DNA of 64,000 bases from a virus. How positions within the stretch are numbered: position 1 is the stretch's first letter; each line of letters begins with the position of its first letter. The notes under the pieces were generated by a model. It had not been told where the DNA came from and searched no databases. It worked only from the letters and a program-made list of their open reading frames with translations. The position numbers and the translations under genes are program-made. This document shows, in pieces, positions 47,301 to 55,480 of this stretch. The stretch is from positions 10,308-74,307 of the IMG/VR virus record IMGVR_UViG_3300044843_000488. One strand, given 5' to 3'.

Positions 47301-48440
47301 TCAGACGAGCTCCATGCAAGCCTCACGAGCGCGGCTGATGCGCTCAGCGCCCTGGCCACCCCACAGGGATTCCAGGCGTGTGCGTGCCCTCTCGATCTCG
47401 TCCTTGGACCGACCGGCGTCGTGGGTTTCGAACTGGCTGATGGCCTGGAACATGGCCCAGACGCTGCCGGGTTCAATGCCGAAACCGGTGTTGCCGCTGT
47501 AGTGGGAGCGGATGGTTGCGATCTGGGGCAGGTCTGAGAGCTTTCGCTCCCGCTTCACCTTCGTATCCTTGTCCGTAATAGGACGGGCGAGGACGTCTGA
47601 ATAGGTGCTTTCCAGGATGTGCCGTGCCATCTCCTCGTTCAGCTTCAGGGTGGTGAGGGGCTTTAGGGCTTCCAGGTCGCGGCTGAACTTCTGCTGCTCA
47701 AGATTGATCAGCGCGGGGAGGCTCTTGGCGAACTGCTCGACGCTCTTGGTGTGGCGCATCACCAGACCAGCATCGGCGTGCTGGGCTTTGCGGGCACCCT
47801 TGCCGCTCAGGTAGCGGAGCTGGTTGGCGCAGACCAGGCGGACGTCGCTGAAGAACACGCCAAAGGCGCTGGAGCCGTCGAAGCTGTTGAAGGCGTGGAG
47901 GTACCGGCGGACCTTGTCGCCTTCGGTGACCTCACCCTCGATGTTGCAGGAGGCGGTGACGAAGACCTTGCGCCCGTCGCGGATGCTGACGATGTTGTCG
48001 ATCTCGACGTCCTCGCGGAGGTACTCGAAGAGCTGGATCAGACTGTCGTTCTGGACAGGGGTGTAGCCCTTGCCCATGATGCCCAGCAGCGCTCCGGTGT
48101 CGCAGCGGGTGATGGCGCAGTGGTCCGGAGACTCATCCATCACCCGATCCAGGATGCTATCTGGCGTTGCAAAGAACACTGGGGTCTGAGCGACGCGGAA
48201 GTCGGCGCCGGCCATCTGGAAGGCTTGGCGGGGGGTGGCGTCTTGAGGCACCACAGTGCCGCCTGCCTGGGCTGCCAGGGGGTTAACGCTGTAGCCCCGG
48301 TCCTGGAAACGACCAGGCTTGAGGAGCTGCTTCTCCCGGGCAAACTCTTGGGAGATGCTGTTGACGAGCTGGGTGCGGAACTGCATGTCCGACATGGACA
48401 GAGCTTCGGGGGTGTCGGCGTGAGTGGGGGTGATGGTCAT
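47301..48440 (-). CDS. DUF932/TIGR03299-like phage-plasmid protein
   Basis: YTPVQN, YL...NSFDGS, RLVCANQL, RHT motifs. Confidence 0.85.
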   Translation of the reverse strand: MTITPTHADTPEALSMSDMQFRTQLVNSISQEFAREKQLLKPGRFQDRGYSVNPLAAQAGGTVVPQDATPRQAFQMAGADFRVAQTPVFFATPDSILDRVMDESPDHCAITRCDTGALLGIMGKGYTPVQNDSLIQLFEYLREDVEIDNIVSIRDGRKVFVTASCNIEGEVTEGDKVRRYLHAFNSFDGSSAFGVFFSDVRLVCANQLRYLSGKGARKAQHADAGLVMRHTKSVEQFAKSLPALINLEQQKFSRDLEALKPLTTLKLNEEMARHILESTYSDVLARPITDKDTKVKRERKLSDLPQIATIRSHYSGNTGFGIEPGSVWAMFQAISQFETHDAGRSKDEIERARTRLESLWGGQGAERISRAREACMELV

Positions 48441-48612
48441 GGTGAGAAAAGGGTTGGTGAGAGAGTCCAGGCGGCAGTGGTGCCGCTGTACAAATCAGGA
48501 TACGTGGCCTGTCCAAACAAAACCGGACAGATAAGCGATCCTGATGTGGTTGTGGTATTTTGATCCTGCACCACCCGTCCGCTTCGATGCGGGTGGATGG
48601 TGAGAGAGTCCC

Positions 48613-48640
48613 GCCCCGGTGTGAGAGCCGGGGCTTTTTT
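48613..48640 (+). terminator. GC hairpin plus T-tract (antisense to local genes)
   Basis: GCCCCGG-tgtgagag-CCGGGGC-TTTTTT. Confidence 0.6.
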
Positions 48641-48643
48641 GTG

Positions 48644-48799
48644 TCAGGACGCTGCCGGCAGTCGGACCTCAAGGGTCTGGCCATCGTCACAGGGCACTGA
48701 TAGGTCGGTGGTGCCGTCAGGCTTGGTCACGACCGTGATAATGCGGCCACCTGGCAGCTCAATGCGTGCCACCTGGCCAACGGGGATGTCGAGCCACAT
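48644..48799 (-). CDS. Small hypothetical protein (51 aa)
   Basis: Manual translation MWLDIPVGQVARIELPGGRIITVVTKPDG..*. Confidence 0.55.
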   Translation of the reverse strand: MWLDIPVGQVARIELPGGRIITVVTKPDGTTDLSVPCDDGQTLEVRLPAAS

Positions 48800-48801
48800 G
48801 C

Positions 48802-48999
48802 TCAGAACTCGTAGTAGAAGGCGCCCTCCCAGGTGTCAAAGGGAGGGCTGGTTTCGAGGCGGCGCATCTTGAGGGCCTCCCAGTAGGGGAAGCACCTGCT
48901 GATCTCGCAGACCGTCTTGGTGGCCAAGGTGTCGGAGTCGAACACCAGGCCAGGGGTGGCACTGGCCCCGTTGCTGAAGCGCACTTTGCGGAAGGTCAT
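48802..48999 (-). CDS. Hypothetical protein
   Basis: Packed small ORF. Confidence 0.55.
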   Translation of the reverse strand: MTFRKVRFSNGASATPGLVFDSDTLATKTVCEISRCFPYWEALKMRRLETSPPFDTWEGAFYYEF

Positions 49000-49002
49000 A
49001 GC

Positions 49003-49230
49003 TCAGTGCACCGTGAAGTAGAGCCGATCCTGTTTGCGGACTTTGCCCCGCTGGATCAGCTTCTCCAGCAGGCCGTAGCTGAACCACTGCCTGGAGTCGT
49101 TGTACCCAATGGCTTTGCCTACATCGGCGTTGCGAACGCCACTTGGGTTGCAATCCAGGAAGTCAATGATGTGCCGCTCAAGGGTGTAGGAGTCGATGAG
49201 AGGCTCTGGGAAGGTGACGGGCTTGGTCAT
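49003..49230 (-). CDS. Small winged-helix-like protein
   Basis: IIDFL..GV..ADV..IG..LL.KL..G.V; CTCTCACC leader. Confidence 0.55.
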   Translation of the reverse strand: MTKPVTFPEPLIDSYTLERHIIDFLDCNPSGVRNADVGKAIGYNDSRQWFSYGLLEKLIQRGKVRKQDRLYFTVH

Positions 49231-49303
49231 GGTGAGAGTTGTTGGTGAGAGAGGGGGAGGTGAGTCCCCAAGAGAGCCCCGGAGGGCTCCGTTGGGGATT
49301 CAG

Positions 49304-49648
49304 TTAGAAGCGCTGAATGGAGACCCGACCGATTCCGTCAGTCGGTACGCCAAGAGCTTTGGCGGCGGCGTAGGAAAGGTCGATGCCACAGGCACACCTG
49401 TCGTTCACACGCACTGGGAGCTCTCGCCCTTTGTGGCGGATCAGGAGCTTCGTCCCGCAGGGATAGTGCGGGTGAGCTGCTGAGATCACAGAGTCCTGGT
49501 AAATATCACCGCAGGCTGTTCTGCGGCCGATGTACCAGGGGTGGTAGACAGTTGCCGTTGTGTGATCACCAGTGTGGTGAGCAAACGACGGGGTGGCTGA
49601 CACCACTGCGAAAAGCGTCAGTGCGCAGTTACGAAGAAAAGTCATCAA
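49304..49648 (-). CDS. RlpA-like double-psi beta-barrel protein with signal peptide
   Basis: GRRTACG..Y, SAAH..P.GT, VRVNDR, IDLS.AAA..LG. Confidence 0.85.
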   Translation of the reverse strand: MMTFLRNCALTLFAVVSATPSFAHHTGDHTTATVYHPWYIGRRTACGDIYQDSVISAAHPHYPCGTKLLIRHKGRELPVRVNDRCACGIDLSYAAAKALGVPTDGIGRVSIQRF

Positions 49649-50003
49649 TCAATTGCAGGGAACAAGCAACAGGACTCACAGGTGTACACAAGAGGGAATC
49701 GAAAGCGCGAGTCTGTTGATTGGGCGACGGCCGATTGATTCGGTCGTAGGAGCGGATAGGTGAGCGTCGGGTGGAATACCGATCTTCAATCTCCACTTCA
49801 ATGCCCTGGGAAGCACACATTTCCAGAAAGAACGGGGCATCGCAGTCTTCTTCGAGATAGAGAGACTTGCCCTGTTCGTAGGAGTAGTCGGAAATGCATG
49901 TAAGCGTTCCGACTACTTCTTCTACTATCTCTCGTTTGACAGATAGCCATGCGTGACCAGGGTCGTGGCGCATGATCAATTTGAGCTTTTTAGGTCTGTT
50001 CAT
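49629..50003 (-). CDS. Conserved phage hypothetical protein
   Basis: DPGHAWL, IS.YSY, YLEEDCDA motifs. Confidence 0.65.
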   Translation of the reverse strand: MNRPKKLKLIMRHDPGHAWLSVKREIVEEVVGTLTCISDYSYEQGKSLYLEEDCDAPFFLEMCASQGIEVEIEDRYSTRRSPIRSYDRINRPSPNQQTRAFDSLLCTPVSPVACSLQLIDDFSS

Positions 50004-50248
50004 TCGGTTGGGTCGAAGTTCACAATGCGGTCAAGAGCGTCGAGGGCTTCCTCTAGCCACTCCTCAAAGGGGTGACCAAGAGCGTCCATCTGATGACGCT
50101 CGGCGTCCTGGTATTGGATCTCAAGCAGTTCGCGATAGATCCGTTCGATCTGGGAAAGATGGCCCAGGCCGTAACGGTTCTCGCGAGCTCGCATACGATT
50201 CAAAATCTCCAGGTTTTGATCGCGACGGGTTAGTTCGTGGAGTTTCAT
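50000..50248 (-). CDS. Hypothetical protein
   Basis: ATGA-coupled; start MKLHEL. Confidence 0.55.
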   Translation of the reverse strand: MKLHELTRRDQNLEILNRMRARENRYGLGHLSQIERIYRELLEIQYQDAERHQMDALGHPFEEWLEEALDALDRIVNFDPTE

Positions 50249-50421
50249 ACAGGAATGGGCCAGATGGCTTTTGGTTGAGCAACTCGAAGGATTTGCGTGC
50301 GAGTGGTCGGAGAATCTGTGACGAAGATCTGGCCAGTATTTGTGTCGGTAACGACAAAGAAACAGCGATTCGTAACAGTCGCGCATGTACGAGCGCGGAA
50401 CTCAAGATCATCGAGAGACAT
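50245..50421 (-). CDS. Hypothetical protein
   Basis: Start MSLDDL after a CTCTCACC leader. Confidence 0.5.
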   Translation of the reverse strand: MSLDDLEFRARTCATVTNRCFFVVTDTNTGQIFVTDSPTTRTQILRVAQPKAIWPIPV

Positions 50422-50565
50422 TGTTAGAGGTGAGAGATGGAGATGCGTGGGTCGAGAACAGCTCATCTGTGGAAGGCCACGGTGTAAAAGCGAGAACTGT
50501 TGTGCAGAAGATGATCACTGCACCCGTGAGAAGCCGCTCTGTGACTGAGGTTTGGGGAAACATGC

Positions 50566-50973
50566 TCAATCCTCTTCGGCGGCCAGACCCGTAGCTTTGA
50601 CAGTCAGATAGACAGATTCGCTGGCGGTAGCGATGCCATCTTCCTGCTCCTTGCGTTGTGCATGTTTGATGCGCTCTGCTTCACGACGCAGCTCATCGCT
50701 GTAGCGCCACACCTTTCGGCGGCAGATCACAACCTGTTTGTCATCCAGCTGGGCAGCCTGAATGTCACGGCTATCCATGTAGGTGAGCAGTTGAGCCTGC
50801 AGAGCTTTGATGTCGCTCTCCATCTGGCTGTACTGCCCTTTGAGATTTAAGTAGATCTGCAGCTGTCGCTCGTAGATCTCTTCATTCCAGGATTCAGCAG
50901 TCATCTTGCGAGATGCAGTGGTTGAGAACTTGATGCGTTGTTTGGGGCGATTGCGAGTTGTTGAGATTGTCAT
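50566..50973 (-). CDS. Coiled-coil hypothetical protein
   Basis: CTCTCTCACC-ATG start; W.YS..L motif. Confidence 0.6.
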   Translation of the reverse strand: MTISTTRNRPKQRIKFSTTASRKMTAESWNEEIYERQLQIYLNLKGQYSQMESDIKALQAQLLTYMDSRDIQAAQLDDKQVVICRRKVWRYSDELRREAERIKHAQRKEQEDGIATASESVYLTVKATGLAAEED

Positions 50974-51031
50974 GGTGAGAGAGTTGATGTGACTGTCCGC
51001 GTGTGGGATGCGCGGCCCCCATAAATAGGAA

Positions 51032-51385
51032 TCAGCGGAGAGCCCAGGCGCGGCGCTCTGTGAGGACTACTTGCCTGGATGTGGTGAACTCGCTGTAGTC
51101 GTGGCGCCACACAAAGGTGTCGTGAATTGTGGGGACGTAGGCGAGCTGTTTGTGGTCCGGTGTGAGATCGAATAGGCCGGTCTCGACATCACCTTCTAGG
51201 AAGGCGTGCACATACTTCTTGCCCTCACGACGGGTGCGCTCCTGGCCATGTTTGTGAATGACAGGCTGCACGTTGTTTAAGGCAAGGAAGTTGGTATGAG
51301 TGCACAAACGCCAACCTTTGCCGGGCTCACGTTTGAGGACACTCCAGCACTTTTGGTGGAGGTTGAAATAAACACGCACTTTCAT
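51032..51385 (-). CDS. Conserved phage hypothetical protein
   Basis: VRVYFNLH..WSV, R..REGKK.VHAF. Confidence 0.7.
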   Translation of the reverse strand: MKVRVYFNLHQKCWSVLKREPGKGWRLCTHTNFLALNNVQPVIHKHGQERTRREGKKYVHAFLEGDVETGLFDLTPDHKQLAYVPTIHDTFVWRHDYSEFTTSRQVVLTERRAWALR

Positions 51386-51624
51386 GGTTCGGTGATTGTG
51401 ATGTTTGTGGTCTCACAGATAGGGAGTCCGGCCCAGTCAGGGTCGCCATGTTTCTTGACCCAACGACACCAGCGGCGGTTGTTGGATACAACAAACCAAT
51501 CCGTATCTGTTTCTTGTTCAATCAGCACAACGGGCTCGTTGTTCATTGCATTGGCAAGTCGATTCCTCGCCTTTTTGCTTTGAGGAATTAACCAGAGCTG
51601 GTTTGTCATGTTCATTGGCCACAT
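51382..51624 (-). CDS. Cyanophage-type hypothetical protein
   Basis: P.SKKARNRLAN.M, EQ, W....DPDW. Confidence 0.65.
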   Translation of the reverse strand: MWPMNMTNQLWLIPQSKKARNRLANAMNNEPVVLIEQETDTDWFVVSNNRRWCRWVKKHGDPDWAGLPICETTNITITEP

Positions 51625-51842
51625 CCGTAGATTTCACGACGACGATCACGCAATCCATCACAGCAACCGTCATCTTCTGCGCTGCATTGCATATACACAG
51701 AAGCGTGTCTGCGTTGCTTAAATGTCACATCACGCCACTGAGTGATGAAATTTTTGCGCCTGTAGATGTTGGCTTCGGTCTTTGCTTGTGCGAATGTGTC
51801 AGCCGAGGCAACAACTTGTCCTTTGTAGTAAATGTCAAACAT
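51612..51842 (-). CDS. Hypothetical protein
   Basis: Coupled ORF with GGAGG upstream. Confidence 0.55.
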   Translation of the reverse strand: MFDIYYKGQVVASADTFAQAKTEANIYRRKNFITQWRDVTFKQRRHASVYMQCSAEDDGCCDGLRDRRREIYGCGQ

Positions 51843-52017
51843 GATTGGCCTCCTTAATGTCTGCGTGGGTTAGTTCTTCTTCAGAGAGAATGTCTATGTA
51901 GCCGTGCGGATACACATTGCAGAAGTAATCAAGGTTGTGATCAGCTTCGGTATATGTGAAATAGACAGCGAGCTTTTCGTAGCCGTACGGCGTCACGTTG
52001 ACGATGTAGTGTTCCAT
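51835..52017 (-). CDS. Hypothetical protein
   Basis: Start MEHYIV after a CTCTCTCACC leader. Confidence 0.55.
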   Translation of the reverse strand: MEHYIVNVTPYGYEKLAVYFTYTEADHNLDYFCNVYPHGYIDILSEEELTHADIKEANHV

Positions 52018-52058
52018 GGAAGATACGGTGAGAGAGCTTACAAGACCAGATAAGGACA

Positions 52059-52805
52059 TCAGGCGCCGGCAAAATGCTTGGCGCCTGTGCCATGGGCCTC
52101 GACAAAGATGTCAGTCTTTGCGCCGTCGCAGAGAGCACACGTGCGGCACTGCGCAGAGGAATTGTCAATGGTGGCAGGGCATTGTTTGCCGCTGAATGCC
52201 TCAGAACCTTTGGGCACAACGGCAAACGTCTTCCAACCGTGCGCAGATGCGTCGAGATAATCTGCCAAACCGTCGCAGCTTGCCTGAAACACACCTTTGC
52301 ACCATTGAGCAAATGGCTGACGCCACTGGTGCGTGTAGCCGGTGTGACCAGCAGCAAAGATGTTAATGTCGCGAACAACATGCTCATCGAGGATGCTGGG
52401 ATCGCCATATGCACCCCAGCGAATCTTGCGATTGTTGAGATACATAGAAATGTTGATGCTGGCAGCTACTGCTGCATCGGTAAGGTCAACATACCCACCA
52501 GCTTTGTAGGTTCGCCACACTGACAGCGGGGCCTGGCCGACGTTGACATAGCAGGAGCGCTTGCCGTTGGATTGCTTGCGGTGTATGCAGTTTCCGCATA
52601 TTGTGTAGTCTTCGCCGAGCATGAGAGCATCGACTGGGTTGATGTCGTCACGCAGAATCCAGACCTGGCACATGTTGCCGGTCTTACGGTTGCCTGATTC
52701 GAGCGTCATAACGGCCACAAAAGGTTTGCCGTCGATAGGGGAATTGCCACGTTGAATGACAAAACCCAGGGGCTTTTTAAAGCCACGTGCTGACTTGTTA
52801 GTCAT
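52059..52805 (-). CDS. Cys-rich conserved phage protein (gp88/radical-SAM-like)
   Basis: NRKTG.M.Q, CGNC.H..CYV, R.G.YGDP, TGYTHQW, CP..C..C.LC. Confidence 0.6.
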   Translation of the reverse strand: MTNKSARGFKKPLGFVIQRGNSPIDGKPFVAVMTLESGNRKTGNMCQVWILRDDINPVDALMLGEDYTICGNCIHRKQSNGKRSCYVNVGQAPLSVWRTYKAGGYVDLTDAAVAASINISMYLNNRKIRWGAYGDPSILDEHVVRDINIFAAGHTGYTHQWRQPFAQWCKGVFQASCDGLADYLDASAHGWKTFAVVPKGSEAFSGKQCPATIDNSSAQCRTCALCDGAKTDIFVEAHGTGAKHFAGA

Positions 52806-52866
52806 GGTGAGAGAGTTGCTGAATGCACAGCTTGAGAGGTGAGAGAGTGCCACAAAGTGTGGCAAT

Positions 52867-52977
52867 CACACAAGGTGGGAATTGAACCCACTTACTGTGT
52901 GCAAATACGTTGCCTGTTGATATACACCGGGTCAGTATTTGCACAGAGCGCCGTTCTAGCTGTTAACTAGCTTGTGC
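52867..52977 (-). ncRNA. tRNA-like element with expanded anticodon-position arm
   Basis: Acceptor-like GCACAAG/CTTGTGT; D-like TAGTTAA..AGAAC; T-arm GTGGG-TTCAATT-CCCAC; 11-bp stem TGTGCAAATAC/GTATTTGCACA. Confidence 0.55.
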
Positions 52978-53462
52978 AAGATCTGAAGGGATGATCAGTC
53001 ACCCTGGCCCACATTAAATACGCTTCAGTGCTGAAGGGACACCACACCTATCGCGTAAGTTGCAGTCCTAAATGTTAAATATTCAAGGCCGGGTTGGCAG
53101 CAGTTCCTAGCAGATCCGGGATGATGAAATCAGTCACACCTATGGCGTGGCCTACGTTTGCCCCTCTAAACCTGCCAGCACTTGCTGACAAACAAGCCAG
53201 ACCGTTTGCACCTGTCGCAAGCGTCGGGGCCTGGTTCCTTTCGGTCACCCCCATCGGATCGCTGTCGCGGGTTGCGCGTGCCTTATGTCGCCGGATGCTC
53301 GGCGGCTGGTTTCGGTCGTTGCGGGCCTCTCCGCTTCGGTCCCCTCAGTCTGCATCCTCAACCGGACGGAGACGAGAGCCCGTGTGTCAGAGATCCAATT
53401 GGCACTAGTACAGGCTAGTACAGGCGTCGCTCCCGCCACACATAAAAAGAACCGCACACGCG

Positions 53463-53490
53463 CGCTTACCATGAAAAATCTTTTTGTCAA
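53463..53490 (-). promoter_or_regulatory. Possible second sigma70 promoter
   Basis: TTGACA-16 nt-TAAGCG with upstream TG; weak -10. Confidence 0.35.
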
Positions 53491-53661
53491 GGAATTCTTA
53501 ATAATTCTTAACTACTGCGGGATCCGTTGTCTCGACATGGGTCTCGTGAGTCGATATTACTTTGCTAACTCTTGATTAATACTTTACATTTAGTTGTTTT
53601 ATATCTTGTATTAAACGCTGGACTAGTGTAATTAAATATACATACATAGATGCATCAAGCT

Positions 53662-53690
53662 ACGTTAGCGCTGGGGTTTTGGCCTGTCAA
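53662..53690 (-). promoter_or_regulatory. Sigma70-type early promoter
   Basis: TTGACA-17 nt-TAACGT pointing into the early genes, next to an AT-rich tract. Confidence 0.6.
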
Positions 53691-53901
53691 CCCCGCTAAA
53701 CTAGGTCCGTCTCCCGCACTGCAATGGCCGGTAAATGCCGGCTGCCGCATCGGGCTCGCGCCTAAGCCTCTGGCTGTCCTTGAGGCATGTTTTAACGCTT
53801 AGGCCATCTTTCCCTCCAGGCTGAGCTCTCCAGAAGGGGGGCGTTCGTAATTCGCGAATATCGGACGCTTCCGGAGATGATGCCCAAACAGGAGGGACCT
53901 T

Positions 53902-53963
53902 GGGAAGCTAAGCAGCGCTGGGCAGATAGCCCAGAAGAGAGGGGTGCAAGTCCTCTTATTCCC
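53902..53963 (+). ncRNA. Degenerate D-armless tRNA-like element
   Basis: GGGAA/TTCCC; CTGGG-CAGATAG-CCCAG; AGGGG-TGCAAGT-CCTCT with tRNA-like spacing. Confidence 0.35.
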
Positions 53964-53966
53964 TTT

Positions 53967-54458
53967 TTATACGTCGTAGATGCGGCATTCCAGGGCTTCT
54001 GGGTGTCGGCTGCAATAGCTGTCCCAGAACCGGTCGTGGGCTGTTTTCTCCGTTAGCTCCCGAAGTGCGCTTGTGTTGATCGTGCCCTCTGCCAAGCTTT
54101 GTGTCAGTGCGTACATGGCGTCCATTTGGACATTCTCGATCATCCAGTCAAACACCGTTTTTTCCCGCGTTTGGGTCCAGAACAGTTGAGGGCGATACCA
54201 GGGCAGTAAGTCGTGATTGGATTTGTTGCCGTTGCAGTTGACGCAGGCACGGCTTAAGTTCCATCGCCGGGTTGGGCCGCCTTTGCTGCGCGGAATGATG
54301 TGGTCAAGCGTGAATTTTCTAGCGGCTCGACCGCAATAGGCACAGGTTCCCTGGCCCGGATAATCTTCGAGAATCGAGCGGCGAAAACTTCTTAGTGCAT
54401 CGGATGGTCGCAGTTCGTGAAGGTTGTAGAGCAGTTCGTCATAGGACTGCGCCTTCAT
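53967..54458 (-). CDS. HNH endonuclease
   Basis: CAYCG..TLDHIIPRSKGG..NL..AC..CN..K. Confidence 0.9.
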   Translation of the reverse strand: MKAQSYDELLYNLHELRPSDALRSFRRSILEDYPGQGTCAYCGRAARKFTLDHIIPRSKGGPTRRWNLSRACVNCNGNKSNHDLLPWYRPQLFWTQTREKTVFDWMIENVQMDAMYALTQSLAEGTINTSALRELTEKTAHDRFWDSYCSRHPEALECRIYDV

Positions 54459-54489
54459 CGTCTATTCGATTCCCACACACCTAGGTTAG

Positions 54490-54918
54490 CTATTGATGGA
54501 TCTTGATGACTATCCAAGGCTCGCCAGTGAGGGCTTTGATGAAATTCGTTTCAATAGAATCTATGACCCTCAGATTGTCATTCTTTAGGACTCCTGCATA
54601 GACCAATCCATCAAGGGTCGCCTTTAGATAGTTATCTAGATCACCCCTCTTTGTCTCTCCGTTAAAGATGATCGAGATATGGGATATGTGAGTAAGCGGC
54701 TCCTTTAGCCACTCTCTCATTACTATTTGAGCAAACTGATCTAGCCAAGCTTTGTAACCTGGATCGTTATATACGCAGCCATTGCTCCGAAAGCGTGGCC
54801 GACATGCTGGGCGGGGTGCAATGTTCACCCTCAGCACATAAGGCTCTTGCAAGTTTCTCAATTCATCAATGACAAGCTGCGTACTCACTGCTTCACTCCA
54901 TAACTGGTGCCGTTTCAA
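54490..54918 (-). CDS. rusA: RusA-family Holliday junction resolvase
   Basis: RPRF, GDLDNYLKATLDGL, LKND. Confidence 0.85.
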   Translation of the reverse strand: MKRHQLWSEAVSTQLVIDELRNLQEPYVLRVNIAPRPACRPRFRSNGCVYNDPGYKAWLDQFAQIVMREWLKEPLTHISHISIIFNGETKRGDLDNYLKATLDGLVYAGVLKNDNLRVIDSIETNFIKALTGEPWIVIKIHQ

Positions 54919-55480
54919 CCGTCTGCGTAAAACGCCCGCTGCAGGTGTTTATGTCTGTCAGTACAGCGTTGAAAGAAAGTACGGACCTCGTGTGCTCCAC
55001 GGGTGGCACACCGTGGCGCATTCTTGAAGGGATAAAGATCAAGTCACCTGCGCTGACTTCAAGCGGTGTCACCACATCGGCTCCGTTTGCTAATGGGTAT
55101 TCTTGCCATAAGTTTTCATGCATAAGTACTACCGGCGTCGGCTTATCGGTGAAGTAATAACTGCCAGAAATAAAAGATAGTGGATGAGCGTGCGGGGCTA
55201 GATATTGACCTGGATACGACTTTGTTAACCACATAGCCACTAGTGAAAACTTGCCTGGAATATTCAGCTTGTCAACCAACTCTTGTCCTTTCGCTTCCAG
55301 CCATTCAGTCACAGGCTTGAAGACTTCGGTCTTATGCAAATCTTGACTTGTAATGTAGTTTCCCGCCCCCTCTCTGTAATCTACTTGTTCAAAATTATCG
55401 AGGCACAAGTCCACAAAGCGAGAGTCCTTTACGCGATACACGTGCTGTGGTGTTACGTAGATACGTTCCATTACGACCAC
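54893..55480 (-). CDS. Putative 2OG-Fe(II) oxygenase (TIGR02466-like)
   Basis: W..PHAHP.S.ISGSYY, GDLIFIPS.MRH.V, RSVLSFN. Confidence 0.85.
   Translation of the reverse strand: MVVMERIYVTPQHVYRVKDSRFVDLCLDNFEQVDYREGAGNYITSQDLHKTEVFKPVTEWLEAKGQELVDKLNIPGKFSLVAMWLTKSYPGQYLAPHAHPLSFISGSYYFTDKPTPVVLMHENLWQEYPLANGADVVTPLEVSAGDLIFIPSRMRHGVPPVEHTRSVLSFNAVLTDINTCSGRFTQTVETAPVME

Noticed and set aside
47043-52847. CRISPR-like array from the GGTGAGAGAG repeats
   Set aside because: Repeats are only ~8-10 nt, irregularly spaced and separated by whole genes
52867-52977. Functional decoding tRNA
   Set aside because: No 7-nt anticodon loop or canonical CCA; reported as a tRNA-like element instead
53245-53490. 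81-aa ORF in the control region
   Set aside because: Its TTG start is the TTGACA promoter element and the product lacks protein-like features
2170-54490. Shared late-promoter motif (GCTAnnnT-like boxes near 5437, 29350, 35805, 54483)
   Set aside because: Too short and degenerate to support without TSS data or motif statistics
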